A stretch of 64,000 nucleotides of DNA from Nitrospirota bacterium. GTDB lineage: Bacteria > Nitrospirota > Nitrospiria > Nitrospirales > NS-4. The stretch covers positions 64,001 through 128,000 of the forward strand of contig CAWBGA010000005.1 in NCBI GenBank assembly GCA_963788195.1, in the 5' to 3' direction. The position numbers were made by a program, and so were the translations under genes. The notes under the pieces were generated by a model, which did not search any database, was not told where the DNA came from, and was given only the letters and a program-made list of their open reading frames with translations. Below are positions 10,952-20,653 of this stretch, piece by piece. Every line of letters begins with the position of its first letter. Positions within the stretch are counted from its first letter, which is position 1.

Positions 10952-11056
10952 AAAATCCGGGACAGATTTATTTTCCCTTTCAGGAGATGTTGGCATCCAA
11001 CGGTCATAAAAATAAGTGTGCTCGGGGCTTTGGGAAATAAATCTGTCCCAGGTTTT
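10952..11056. repeat. Inverted GGGACAGATTTATT doublet (REP/REPIN-like)
   Basis: GGGACAGATTTATTTTCCC ... GGGAAATAAATCTGTCCC. Confidence 0.75.
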
Positions 11057-11159
11057 CCAAAGCGCATCTTCCGCCCGGCGGAGCACCCCTGCCAAACGAT
11101 ACAGCCAATGTACTCGGTGCTCATGAGCGATAAGAATGACCCGCCCGTGGGGTGCACCG

Positions 11160-11345
11160 CTCCTGTGGGGAGGCAGGATCGTGGGGCCGGCGTCCACCCA
11201 ACACTACACAGCCGGCCCTTCCCCGGCCGCTATCTCACGCAGTTCCCGCGGCCGCCCAACGGCCGCTGTTCCCGTTGGGACGCGTCCTTTTCCCGTGGCC
11301 CGAGTCTGAAGCAGGCTCTTTTCCCGTGGGACGCCGCCTTGCGCG
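11160..11345 (-). repeat. Modular hairpin repeat cluster, G-rich strand -
   Basis: CCACGGGAAAAG flanks on the minus strand; GCGGCCG-CCCAA-CGGCCGC hairpin at 11248-11266. Confidence 0.65.
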
Positions 11346-11380
11346 GCGCCTTCTTGGGAAATTTGGCCGGAAAGACTGTT

Positions 11381-11965
11381 TTAACGCTTAGTGATCGAGG
11401 TGAGTATTCCCCCATCTTCGAGACGAGCGACGACTTTATCGCCGATCGTCAGATTGCTGTCTTTTTTAGTGGTGGCATCCGCCATCAGCTTTACCTCCTT
11501 ACCGGAGATGTCTTTCACGAGAAAAGACTCGCCGTCGACTTTCAGCAATGTGCCTTCGATTGTTTGGGATTTTGCGATGTTTGTTGGATCTTTATCGCTT
11601 CGAGTCGCGCTGGCTACAGTTGAGCGTCCATTCGGGCTCGTGCTCGTCTTCGATCCTTCGGGACTGGGAGCGGTCCCAACCGACGCTGACGTCTCTTTCG
11701 TCTTTGAGTTTCCCTTGTCCCCGAGCTCGTTACAGGTTCCGGATTTCCCCGTGGTACCGGCCTCGCGGCTTGCGACGCCATCGGAGGTTTCCGTGGACGA
11801 TCGCTTGGCGGTGTCTCGGGTTGCACTGCTATCTCGGGTTGCACTCGAATTGCGGGTTGCACCGGTCGTATCTTTCGTTGCATCGGAGTAACTGTCATCT
11901 CGACCACAGGCGCTTAATGTGAAAAAGGAAAACAACACAGCGGCTGTCAAAATAGCGGTTTTCAT
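11381..11965 (-). CDS. Lipoprotein with low-complexity linker and small C-terminal beta domain
   Basis: LSAC lipobox; SATRD repeats; TIEGTLLKVDGESFLVKDISGKEVKL domain paralogous to 18343-18801. Confidence 0.7.
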   Translation of the reverse strand: MKTAILTAAVLFSFFTLSACGRDDSYSDATKDTTGATRNSSATRDSSATRDTAKRSSTETSDGVASREAGTTGKSGTCNELGDKGNSKTKETSASVGTAPSPEGSKTSTSPNGRSTVASATRSDKDPTNIAKSQTIEGTLLKVDGESFLVKDISGKEVKLMADATTKKDSNLTIGDKVVARLEDGGILTSITKR

Positions 11966-12225
11966 GACGGGACTCCTTTCGAACGCGGCTTTCCTTTCGG
12001 GGATGAGACGGGCCTCAGTAAATTGCCTGTCTGCTAGTTTAGCAAGGCTCAGTGGGGAGGCAATTGATAAAACCAGGCTTCATGCAGTCAAAAAGTCCAG
12101 TATGACCCCTAAAGACGGGCAAATTCGCGTGCGCCTGGGACTTTCCGACATCAAATGTTGACCCTAGGTTAAAATATGGTTAACCTCAGTCGTGACAGTC
12201 TACAAACGCCGACCCCCGAATCTTC

Positions 12226-12899
12226 ATGGAGGCTGTGATGAGTATCAGTATTCGCTGTGAGAGGTACAACGGCTCCGCCGCGCTGTACATGACGCTTGCC
12301 GGCTGTGCGGCGTTTATGTTTGCGGGATGTGCCATGAAAACGCCGGGGTCTCGGACGGCACCGATGTCAACGCGCAGGGCAGCGAAAGTCAGGGTTCTCG
12401 TAAAGACCTGCCCTTAACGGGTTTCACCAAAAAGAATCAAGAAGAACCTGTCCCGGCCAATCTACCCTCCTTCTCGCGCTCACCGGAAGGAGAAGTGGCC
12501 GGGAGCGGAGCAAAGGGAAACCGAGATCGGCAGCGGGATTCGCGACAAGCGCTCAGCGCAGGCGTTGAAATCTTCGACATTTACTTTCCGGTGGATCGGT
12601 GGGGCCTTGTCGAGGAGGAGCGAAAGAGCCTCGTGTCCAGCGCCGCTTTCTTAAAAAAGCATCCCAAGGCGCCCCTGTTGATTGAAGGTTACTGCGATGA
12701 GCGAGGAAGCACAGAATACAATCTAATGCTGGGCGACAAGCGGGCGCGGGAGACGCGGGAATTCCTGAAAGATCTTGGAGTCCGCAATCCCGTTGCGATC
12801 AAGAGCTACGGGAAGGAACGGCCTATCTGCGCCGACCGCGTCGAATCATGCTATTGGCAGAACCGCCGCGCCCACCTCAGGATGCAGGCGGAGCCATAG
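12226..12899 (+). CDS. OmpA/Pal-family peptidoglycan-binding lipoprotein, frameshifted near 12340
   Basis: FAGC lipobox in one frame; IEGYCDERGSTEYNLMLGDKRA, SYGKERP and NRRA in the next frame. Confidence 0.8.
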
Positions 12900-12963
12900 G
12901 GCCGCCGGCTCTCACCGCCCTGGGCGCCGGTCGAGCGCATGATGAAGAACGGTAATTGTGCGC

Positions 12964-13135
12964 TCATCCTTCCTTGATGGCGCCCGTCGTTGTTGTGGCC
13001 ACACCGCTCGAATGCCAATCAAAGCCCAGCACGGATCCCAAGGGCTGGAACCAAGATGGGACGGCGAGACGTCGCAGAACTTCGTCGGAGCCGTATTCAC
13101 TGACCGCATGACAGGTGATTTCGCGCAAGCCGTAC
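12964..13135 (-). pseudogene. DUF763-family gene fragment
   Basis: LRRLAVPSWFQPLGSVLGFDWHSSGVATTTTGAIKEG matches the N-terminal DUF763 motif as I recall it; truncated. Confidence 0.65.
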
Positions 13136-13149
13136 GACCGGGAAGTTCT

Positions 13150-14718
13150 ATGACGCAAGCATGTCGTATTCTGATCGTGGATGACGAGACGCCTGTCCTC
13201 AATGCACTGGCGAGCGCGGTACGTGCGCAGCTGATCGGGGCCATTGTGGACATAGCCACCACCGCCGACGCTGCGCTCAAGTACGTCGCACAGGGCAGTT
13301 ATGATGCCATTGTCTCGGATATTCGCATGCCGGACATGGACGGGCTCAGCCTTCTCAAAGAGATCCGAGCTCTATCTCCGGCGACACCGACGATTTTGAT
13401 CACCGGCGCTGATGACCAGGAATTCGCGATTCAAGCGCTGCGCGCCGGCGCCTATGATTACATTCGTAAGCCTCTTGAGGTCGATTACCTCTTGGCGTCC
13501 CTCAATCGCGCCATCCAAATGCGGCAGTTGAGTCTCAGGGTGGACGGTCAGAAGGTCGCGCTGGAGCAACACGCCAGCGAGTTGGAGCGGATCGTGCAGG
13601 ATCGCACCCAGCAGCTCAGCCGCGAGATCGCCGAGCGCAAAGACATCGAGGAAGCCCTTCGGCAGTCGAATCTGAAGCTCACAGCTTGGATTAATGAACT
13701 TGAGCACCGGACACAGCAGATCACCTTTCTCAGCGAGATGACCGCCCTTCTCCAAGCCTGTCATAGCGTGGATGAAGCCTGCATGGTAGCAACGCGATTC
13801 CTGAAGGAGTTGTTTGCGGCCGACTCAGGAAGTCTTTGTCTGTTCAGCGAGTCGATGCAGGTGTTGGAAGTCGTCGCTTCCTGGGGTCCCGACAGCGTGA
13901 GCGTGAGTGAATTCTCACCGGATATGTGCTGGGCGCTGCGACGCCTTAAACCGCATCTCACGAGCGATCACAACTCGACATTGATCTGTCAGCACTTACG
14001 GCCTTCTCAGGCGCCGAATTATTTCTGTGTTCCCATGATTGGACAGGGCAAGGCGTTGGGCCTGCTGATCCTGCAGCCGGCAGTTAAGGAACTCAGTCCC
14101 GAAGCGGGTGTGCGTCGAGATATGATGCTCGCGAACCAGCTTTTGAGCGAGGCGGTCGCCAACCACATCGCCTTGGCATTAGCAAATCTGATCCTGCGGG
14201 AGACGTTACGCAACGAGTCGATGCGAGATCCACTCACTGACCTGTTTAATCGGCGCTATTTGGATGAGACCCTCCCGCGAGAACTGCGTCGAGCCGGGCG
14301 CAACAAGCAGGCGTTGAGCATCATCATGATCGACGTCGATCATTTCAAAGAGTTCAACGACAAGTTCGGCCATGAGGCCGGCGACAGCATGCTGCGCGCC
14401 CTCGCTCGGCATCTCGATGGCCGCACGCGCGGCCAGGACATTGCCTGTCGCTATGGCGGCGACGAATTTCTGCTCCTGCTTCCCGGCGCCTCACTGGATG
14501 TCGCCTGTCAGCGAGCGGAGCGCCTGCGCGAGGAAACCAAGAGCCTTGAAGTCGAACGGGACCCGCGCTTTCTGAACTCTATCCGCCTATCGATGGGAGT
14601 GTCGTCCTTTCCCGATCATGGGTCGACCTCGATGGCCTTGATGCGAGCCGCAGACCTTGCGCTGTATCGCGCAAAAGCGCAAGGGCGCGACCAAGTTGTG
14701 CGGCAGGAAATTCTCTAA
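13150..14718 (+). CDS. Diguanylate cyclase, REC-coiled coil-GAF-GGDEF
   Basis: ILIVDDE/SDIRMP/KP receiver domain; DPLTDLFNRR; RGQD I-site; RYGGDEF. Confidence 0.9.
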   Translation: MTQACRILIVDDETPVLNALASAVRAQLIGAIVDIATTADAALKYVAQGSYDAIVSDIRMPDMDGLSLLKEIRALSPATPTILITGADDQEFAIQALRAGAYDYIRKPLEVDYLLASLNRAIQMRQLSLRVDGQKVALEQHASELERIVQDRTQQLSREIAERKDIEEALRQSNLKLTAWINELEHRTQQITFLSEMTALLQACHSVDEACMVATRFLKELFAADSGSLCLFSESMQVLEVVASWGPDSVSVSEFSPDMCWALRRLKPHLTSDHNSTLICQHLRPSQAPNYFCVPMIGQGKALGLLILQPAVKELSPEAGVRRDMMLANQLLSEAVANHIALALANLILRETLRNESMRDPLTDLFNRRYLDETLPRELRRAGRNKQALSIIMIDVDHFKEFNDKFGHEAGDSMLRALARHLDGRTRGQDIACRYGGDEFLLLLPGASLDVACQRAERLREETKSLEVERDPRFLNSIRLSMGVSSFPDHGSTSMALMRAADLALYRAKAQGRDQVVRQEIL

Positions 14719-14727
14719 AAAGCGACC

Positions 14728-15228
14728 ATTACACCCGCCCCCCCTGAAGTCTGCCAAGACAGACTTCTTTGCCCCATTGCACCCAGCCCGCCCCGGCGCT
14801 GCCAAGACAGCGCCCTTTCCCGTATCACACCCAGCCCGCCAAACAAAGCTTGCTCGACCCGAAGGCCTGATGATTATTTAAGGCCGCCGGGGAACTTTCT
14901 CTTATCTTTATTTTTGCCCATGACCATTCCATGATTACATCAGCCCATCCCCACCCGCCATTTCACCCCCCGCCAAGCCGAGCTTGCTCGACCCGAAGGC
15001 CTGATGATTATTTAAGGCCGCCGGGGTAGCTGTGTGTTTTTAGATTTGTAATTTTTACTGCACCCCCTGGCATCCCGCCCGCCGTTTCACCCACCCGCCC
15101 AGGGTCGGCCAAGACCGACCCTTTTTCCCGTGGGGCCGCTATCGCGCCCGCCCGCCCCGAGTCTGCCAAGACAGACTCTTGTCCCGAGGATGCGTCCTTG
15201 GCCCGTGGGACAGACTTCTTTGCCCCTA
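14728..15228 (-). repeat. Large modular hairpin repeat cluster (4x module A, 2x module B), G-rich strand -
   Basis: CCAAGA-loop hairpins at 14746, 14795, 15101 and 15159 with different stems; GCTTGCTCGACCCGAAGGCCTGATGATTATTTAAGGCCGCCGGG twice. Confidence 0.92.
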
Positions 15229-15340
15229 GCGCGTTTTTAATCTCGGCCTAATCCTGCTCTAATCCGGGAATGCTAGAGTGATGAGTCGTAATCTGCGCTA
15301 TCAGGCGAGAAGTGCATGCGTGCTAGATCGTGGGAAGGCC

Positions 15341-15508
15341 ATGGAAGTACTCGTCACTTGGAAATGTCCGCGGTGCAACGGCGCGAAGGCGGTGGGTTGT
15401 GCTTTGTGCGATGCCACCGGCAGCGTGGAACGCTGGCTGCCGACCCATCTGCTCAGTGAGTTACGTGTGCAGTGGACGATCCGCGCCCGGCGGCAACCCT
15501 TGAGCTGA
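15341..15508 (+). CDS. Small DnaJ-type zinc-finger protein
   Basis: CPRCNG...CALCDATG (CxxCxG pattern); start uncertain. Confidence 0.45.
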   Translation: MEVLVTWKCPRCNGAKAVGCALCDATGSVERWLPTHLLSELRVQWTIRARRQPLS

Positions 15509-15516
15509 CGACTCGG

Positions 15517-15945
15517 TCACCACTCCGTATACTTCCACGATACAAGTTTTGTCCTATCGTTAAACCGAAGCTCCAGGCGCGAGCCGTGGGGAAAACAAGA
15601 TAAGATCCCTTGATGGGAAACAGGGTACCTCCGGTTGTTCAGTCGGCCGCTTTGGTAGACGGCAATGACTTCGGGGCGATTCAGAATCGTCACCTGAGGT
15701 TGCCCGTATTTCATGTACGCGTCGTTATATGTGAGCTTACCGATTGAGGCGTCAAGCTCGCCCGACAGGGTCTGCTGCCATTTAGCTTCTTCCTTGTGCC
15801 AAGCGTATTTCCGTAAGCGTCTTTGCTCCCTGATCGTTTGGATCAAGGCGACCGACCGCTTCGCAGCGCCTCGGGCGCTCACCTTAATAAAGCGCAAGGT
15901 CATCTTTGCCCAAGGAACCTTAACGTTTTGTGGAAAATGCTTCAT
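15517..15945 (-). CDS. Hypothetical protein
   Basis: Open frame with plausible C-terminal globular domain (TYNDAYMKYGQP...LRFNDRTKLVSW); start uncertain. Confidence 0.4.
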   Translation of the reverse strand: MKHFPQNVKVPWAKMTLRFIKVSARGAAKRSVALIQTIREQRRLRKYAWHKEEAKWQQTLSGELDASIGKLTYNDAYMKYGQPQVTILNRPEVIAVYQSGRLNNRRYPVSHQGILSCFPHGSRLELRFNDRTKLVSWKYTEW

Positions 15946-16054
15946 AAGCCAGCGGATGAGTGAGGCGTATCTATACCTACGAAATGGGGGGAATAGGAAT
16001 ACCTCGATAGTGGCAAAAAAAGCGGATTGAGGAAGAAAGGGAGGATACTGGCGG

Positions 16055-16735
16055 CTAGATTGCGGGGAGGGCAGGGGGGACGAGCTTGCGCTCTTGCTGT
16101 AACGCCAGATCGCGCAGGCGTATTTTAAACACCACGCGCCGGCTCTTGTCACGATTCAGCTGTTTATCAATGCTATACCAGAGATCCTGCTTACCCCGAC
16201 CGCTGGCGCTGGTAATCTGCTGAAAGCAGTCGTCCTCGGGCCGGCCTTCCAGAATATCCATTGCCTTGGTCATGACTTGAAACGCCCGCTCCTGGCTGAG
16301 CCGTAGGTTGCGGCGGTCAGGCCCTACGTCGTCGGTGTGGCCCTCGATGGTCACGGACTCAATCAAGGACCTGAAGGGGCCACAGAACGCGGAAGCGTAG
16401 CGAGGAATCACGTCTTGCAAATAACCTTCGGCCGCGGGCCGGAGGGTCGCAAGTCCGAAATCAAAGTTCAGCAGGGCATCGGGCATCACAAGCAGCAGCA
16501 ATTGAGGGTCGTCGGGGTCTTTCTCAATCGGCAGGCCCAGCCGTTCGAACTGCGCCATAAGGATTTCTCTGGCGTTGGGGTCCGTTTCGTCCACTGAGAC
16601 CGGGGGAGCCGGAGCAGACTGGAGGGCCACGATGAAGAGCAATACGAAAATAATCGCGACGGATGTCATCAAATCCGTCACGCCCATCGTAAAGAACTGG
16701 TCTCCGGCATCGTCCTGCCCGCGCGATTGTTTCAT
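16055..16735 (-). CDS. zorB: ZorB-like MotB/OmpA-family protein
   Basis: TM helix VTDLMTSVAIIFVLL with conserved Asp; IEGHTD, NLRLSQERA, SRRVVFKI; ATGA overlap with upstream gene. Confidence 0.7.
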   Translation of the reverse strand: MKQSRGQDDAGDQFFTMGVTDLMTSVAIIFVLLFIVALQSAPAPPVSVDETDPNAREILMAQFERLGLPIEKDPDDPQLLLLVMPDALLNFDFGLATLRPAAEGYLQDVIPRYASAFCGPFRSLIESVTIEGHTDDVGPDRRNLRLSQERAFQVMTKAMDILEGRPEDDCFQQITSASGRGKQDLWYSIDKQLNRDKSRRVVFKIRLRDLALQQERKLVPPALPAI

Positions 16736-17853
16736 GCGTTGTGGCTGACTTGCGAAGGCGCCGCCTTTGAGGTTTGAGGACGGCGGACATTGCCCGCGGG
16801 GAGCCGTCCCTTCGGGAAAATCTCGGTCCAAGGCACCAGAATGTCGGCGAGCCGCGCGAGTAGCTGCTCCTGCCGGATGGCGCTCGCTTCCAGGCGATCG
16901 AAGACTCCGGCAAGGGAACCCGAAGCCGTCCAATTTTCACCGGTATTCGCGGAAGGCTGCAGCTTGAGCTGCGCCGGGGCGTGCACCAGCGCGGGATCGA
17001 CCTCCGGTGATGCTGCGGAGGCTCCGGCTTTGTGCCGCATGGCTCCGGCGAGCTCCATGAGAGGCGTGGCCATTGTCTCGGTCAGGCTCTTCCGGAAATG
17101 TTGAGCGAGGTCCAGGCTGAGGTACTTCAGGAGGCGGGTCTGTTCGCCATTGTGCTGGCTCATCTCAAACAACCACTCGCTGGAGCCCCGATAAGGAAAG
17201 ACCTGATCGAGCCGGTCGACCAGTGAGTGATAGGTCGCAAGCAGGCGGTGAAACAGGGCCTTCTCGAAGGCCACAAAGATCGAAGCACAGGCGAGCCCCA
17301 CGATGGACGTCACAAATTTGCCGCTGAGACCGTTAATTAACCCCGGCAATCCCGTGATCGCTCCTCCGATAATTTGTATTTTGCTGAGGCCGATAAAGAA
17401 TGCCAGAAAGGTCAATAGCAGACCGGTCCCGGTCAACATTGCGGCGAAGCTTCGATAGAATGGCAGATTTAAGCGGCTGAAGAGCGCGTTTTCAGTAAAG
17501 ACCTCGCCCGCCGGCTGCGTCCCGTAGATTCGTGGTGTCTCGTACCAGACCGAGCCGTCGATCAGTAAGCTTCTGCGATACTTTGCCCAGGTATTCGCAA
17601 AAAGCGGTGACCGCTCAAAGATCTCCGCCAGGGTACTGAGACGGTCCTCGTCGATCTGATCGGATCCTTGCAGCGTGAGTTCTTCGATTTGCTCATCGGC
17701 TAGGCGCAAAGCACCTTGGATCGTCGCCACATGAGAGACCAGCCTCCACGTCACGACGACAGAAACGAGCAGGAGGCCGATTGCACCGAGAAGGCTCAAG
17801 AGCGGCAGATGAACCTGCTCCCCGAGCGTGACGTCTTGCAAGAGAAACCACAT
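16732..17853 (-). CDS. zorA: ZorA-like MotA/TolQ/ExbB-family membrane protein
   Basis: TM1, periplasmic domain, LTGTGLLLTF and GLSGKFVTSIVGL TM pair, short helical tail; GGAGG RBS. Confidence 0.7.
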   Translation of the reverse strand: MWFLLQDVTLGEQVHLPLLSLLGAIGLLLVSVVVTWRLVSHVATIQGALRLADEQIEELTLQGSDQIDEDRLSTLAEIFERSPLFANTWAKYRRSLLIDGSVWYETPRIYGTQPAGEVFTENALFSRLNLPFYRSFAAMLTGTGLLLTFLAFFIGLSKIQIIGGAITGLPGLINGLSGKFVTSIVGLACASIFVAFEKALFHRLLATYHSLVDRLDQVFPYRGSSEWLFEMSQHNGEQTRLLKYLSLDLAQHFRKSLTETMATPLMELAGAMRHKAGASAASPEVDPALVHAPAQLKLQPSANTGENWTASGSLAGVFDRLEASAIRQEQLLARLADILVPWTEIFPKGRLPAGNVRRPQTSKAAPSQVSHNA

Positions 17854-17897
17854 AGAACTTCCTCCTCTGCAATCGAATGACGACTCTGCCTAGGAAG

Positions 17898-17914
17898 AAG
17901 CAGGAATCGCACCA
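17898..17914 (-). promoter_or_regulatory. Putative sigma-54 promoter for the zorAB-like operon
   Basis: TGGTGCGATTCCTGCTT on the minus strand (GG-N10-GC), ~45 bp upstream of ATG. Confidence 0.45.
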
Positions 17915-18073
17915 GGTTTCGTGAGCTTACATCACGTTGTAAGGTCAGAGGTTGTGGGGAGAGCTACCTGCGCTCGGGGCAATTACTTTGACGGGAGGCT
18001 GTAGATTTTGTCAGCCAGGCAATTATTTCCCAGTTCCGGAACGTCAGGGGTGAAACGGAGATCCCGAAGGGAT

Positions 18074-18310
18074 GTCTTGGCAGACTCCTAGGGTGGGCGG
18101 GTGCAATGGGATCGAAAAGAAGTCTGTCCGGGGCACCCCTTGCCTTCAATGTGCAAGGGGTCGAAATGACTTCAGGGCCATGGGAAAAGCGCGCGTTCTG
18201 GCGCGCGCGGGGAGGGCGGGGTGGAAATGGGGAAAGAGCGGAAAATCTACCCCGGCGGCCTTACATAATCATCAGGCCTTCGGGTCGAGCAAGCTTTGCT
18301 TGCAGGCGGG
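18074..18310 (+). repeat. Modular hairpin repeat cluster (A, C, A, B)
   Basis: GGGTGGGCGGGTGCAATGGG; ACCCCTTGC..GCAAGGGGT; GCGCGCG-TTCTGG-CGCGCGC; module B. Confidence 0.9.
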
Positions 18311-18342
18311 GATTGCGCCAAGCAATCCCCGCCTTAAATGGA

Positions 18343-18801
18343 CTAGCGCTTTTTGATTGAATCGGCGTGCCAGGTAATTGCGCTCTGGCTGCGGTCACCC
18401 GACATGCTCTGGCTAGGGTCAATGGAACGATGTCCGCTCCCGAGCGTTGTGGACATCCGCGACGCGCGCGCGATGATCAGATCCTTAGAGGCGAGGTTGC
18501 CGTCGATATTCGTGTGCTTATCCACATGCAAGCGTAGTTCTTTGCCGGCAGTCCCCTTCACGACATAGATATTCCCTTCGATTCGTAGCACCTCGCCTTC
18601 GATCGATTCGGTCCGACCAACAGGGCCCGGCGAAATGCTCTGGCCGACACCGGGTTGAGCCGAGGCTAACTTCGATCCGATATCAGGCGACGATTTGCCC
18701 GAGGCCCCTCCTGTGTCCGTTTGCCCCTGCGCCGCGTACGCGCCGGCGGCCAACCCGATACTGAGCATTGCGCCGAGAGAAAACATTAGCGTCCTTGTCA
18801 T
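18343..18801 (-). CDS. Secreted protein, paralog of 11381-11965
   Basis: Signal peptide ending AYA; SIEGEVLRIEGNIYVVKGTAGKELRL. Confidence 0.65.
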   Translation of the reverse strand: MTRTLMFSLGAMLSIGLAAGAYAAQGQTDTGGASGKSSPDIGSKLASAQPGVGQSISPGPVGRTESIEGEVLRIEGNIYVVKGTAGKELRLHVDKHTNIDGNLASKDLIIARASRMSTTLGSGHRSIDPSQSMSGDRSQSAITWHADSIKKR

Positions 18802-18917
18802 TCTTCCCCCTTGATAATTGTTGAACCGGTTGCCAGCATGACAGCTATAGGGTCATAGCCTCTATTCCCCCTTGGACCGTATCGACGGCAAAAGAGTGGA
18901 GTGCACAGGAGTAAGAC

Positions 18918-19283
18918 ATGAACGACAAGACGCGAGTATCGTTATCTCCGTGTCCATCTTCACCGAATTGCGTGTCATCTCTAGAAACGGAGGATGAAAA
19001 GCATCGCGTAGAACCCTTAACCTGGTCCGGTGATCTGTCTCACACGAAAAGCCGCCTTCGGCAGGCAATAGTTGCTGCCGGGAACGCGACATTTGTCCGG
19101 GAAACCGATACGTACTGGAAAGTGGAATTTCGAAGCCGCTTTTTTCGATTTGTCGACGATGTGGAATTCTGGTTTGACCGTGAAACCAACGTCGTTCACA
19201 TCCGGTCAGCCTCGCGTGTGGGGTACTCTGATTTTGGCGTCAATCGAAAGCGAATTGAAAAGATTCGCTTGCTGATGGGCTAG
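18918..19283 (+). CDS. DUF1499-family protein
   Basis: LSPCPSSPNCVSS, FRFVDDVEF, RSASRVGYSDFGVNRKRIE. Confidence 0.85.
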   Translation: MNDKTRVSLSPCPSSPNCVSSLETEDEKHRVEPLTWSGDLSHTKSRLRQAIVAAGNATFVRETDTYWKVEFRSRFFRFVDDVEFWFDRETNVVHIRSASRVGYSDFGVNRKRIEKIRLLMG

Positions 19284-19412
19284 GGGCAAAGGGATGCGTC
19301 TCGGCGCATCACAGGGCTGGGTGGGTGTAATGGAAAATTGAATCTGGCCCCGGGATAAGGCCTGCTTCAGGCTGGGGGTCGAATGACTCCAAGACGGGCG
19401 GGTGCCATGGCA
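19283..19412 (+). repeat. Modular hairpin repeat (module A variant)
   Basis: GGGGCAAAGG-GATGCG-TCTCGG-CGCATC-ACAGGGCTGGGTGGGTGTAATGG directly after the stop codon. Confidence 0.75.
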
Positions 19413-19611
19413 ATGAGGCAATAGTCGAACGAGTTCGCGGCGTCCAAGCTGGAGTCAGCGTGTTGCAGGCGCTGCAGTCCGGTCCCGGGCTCGATCTAAG
19501 TAAAAGCGCTTGAAGAGGGTACGAACGGGGAATGACAGGAAATCCAGGACGGTATAGGCTATCCAGAGTATTCTAAAAATGGTAGGTGTAATGGCGAGTG
19601 TAAACGGGAAA

Positions 19612-19840
19612 AGAGGCTGTCCCACGGGAAAAAAGCCTGTCGGGGTACCCGTTGCTCCTCAAATGCAATGGGTCAATGGCTTGGGGAGGGCGGGTGAGAT
19701 GAAGATTTAAATCTAAGAGTCCAGAAACTATCCCGGCGGCCTTAAATAATCATCAGGCCCATGGGCGAGACGAACTCGTCCTGGCGAGTTCTGGGGTGGG
19801 CTGGGTGTAGTGGCGAGCAAGCTTTGTTTGGCGGGTGTAA
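19612..19840 (+). repeat. Modular hairpin repeat cluster (C, then B with A inserted)
   Basis: ACCCGTTGC..GCAATGGGT; module B whose TTCG loop is replaced by a GAACTCG-TCCTGG-CGAGTTC module. Confidence 0.88.
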
Positions 19841-19861
19841 TAATGACGGAAGGAGGTTGCC

Positions 19862-20314
19862 ATGACGCATAAGAGTCAGATGGTTCTTGCGGCAGTCCTT
19901 GCAGTGAGCTTTGTCGGGTTTGCCTATGCGGGTGCGGTGGCCGGCGCTGGAAGTGGTGGCGCGGGTGGTTCGCAGGGTGGAGCTCCTGAGACCGGCGGTG
20001 GACCCGGCATTGCGCCAGGCACGACCCCAGGGCAAACGGCCCCAGGCAGCAGTGATATTGGCAGACCACCGGGCCCTGGAAGCCCGACGCAACCCGGGAC
20101 CAAGAGTCGTCCTGGAGAATCGAACTTGGGAATTGAGCGAGGACCTCTACCTCCTGCTTCAACGATCCCGCCTGACAGCGGCATTGCTCCCCCGCCCCGC
20201 ACGGGAGACTCACAAGGAACTGGCAGTGGTCTAGGATCGCCTACGCCGGGGTTGGGGGAAAGCGCGCCAAATCCAGCGGGAAGCGGTTCGACAGGCGGCA
20301 GCTCGAACAGGTAG
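19862..20314 (+). CDS. Gly/Pro-rich secreted protein
   Basis: GGAGG RBS, signal peptide ending AYA, low-complexity body. Confidence 0.6.
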   Translation: MTHKSQMVLAAVLAVSFVGFAYAGAVAGAGSGGAGGSQGGAPETGGGPGIAPGTTPGQTAPGSSDIGRPPGPGSPTQPGTKSRPGESNLGIERGPLPPASTIPPDSGIAPPPRTGDSQGTGSGLGSPTPGLGESAPNPAGSGSTGGSSNR

Positions 20315-20327
20315 ATGATCCGGTCCT

Positions 20328-20353
20328 TGCTGCCCGCATCTAGGCGGGCAGCA
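20328..20353. terminator. Hairpin between convergent genes
   Basis: TGCTGCCCGC-ATCTAG-GCGGGCAGCA. Confidence 0.45.
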
Positions 20354-20370
20354 GACTCCGGTCCTGGACA

Positions 20371-20547
20371 CTAAAATCCCAAACACTCTGCGTGGCTACA
20401 CGGACAGGGTTTGGTTCCTCCCAGTTTTGCTGCGCTCTCACACTCCTTCCCGCAATACGAGGAGTGCGGCGCAGTTGGACACCGGCATTCCTGGTGTCCA
20501 CAGCTCATAGTATTATTCACAGTCGGCTTTGGATGTCCATCAGGCAT
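20371..20547 (-). CDS. Bacterial metallothionein-like peptide
   Basis: CGHQECRC...YCGKEC...CPCSHAEC, 8 Cys plus His in ~45 aa. Confidence 0.6.
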   Translation of the reverse strand: MPDGHPKPTVNNTMSCGHQECRCPTAPHSSYCGKECESAAKLGGTKPCPCSHAECLGF

Positions 20548-20653
20548 AAGGGCGTCTCCGAAAGTCCATTGTAATCCTTTCGCCGCAGCAGGTGTTGTCA
20601 CCCTGCATGGCTTGCTCTTCACTTCAACATAAACCTATGTTAAGCTGTTGCCT

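Noticed and set aside
14848..15026. Hammerhead ribozyme suggested by CTGATGA in module B (C-rich strand)
   Set aside because: No stem II followed by GAAA, and the motif is altered in two copies
14728..19840. Integron attC cassette array
   Set aside because: No RYYYAAC/GTTRRRY ends, mixed orientations and no integrase
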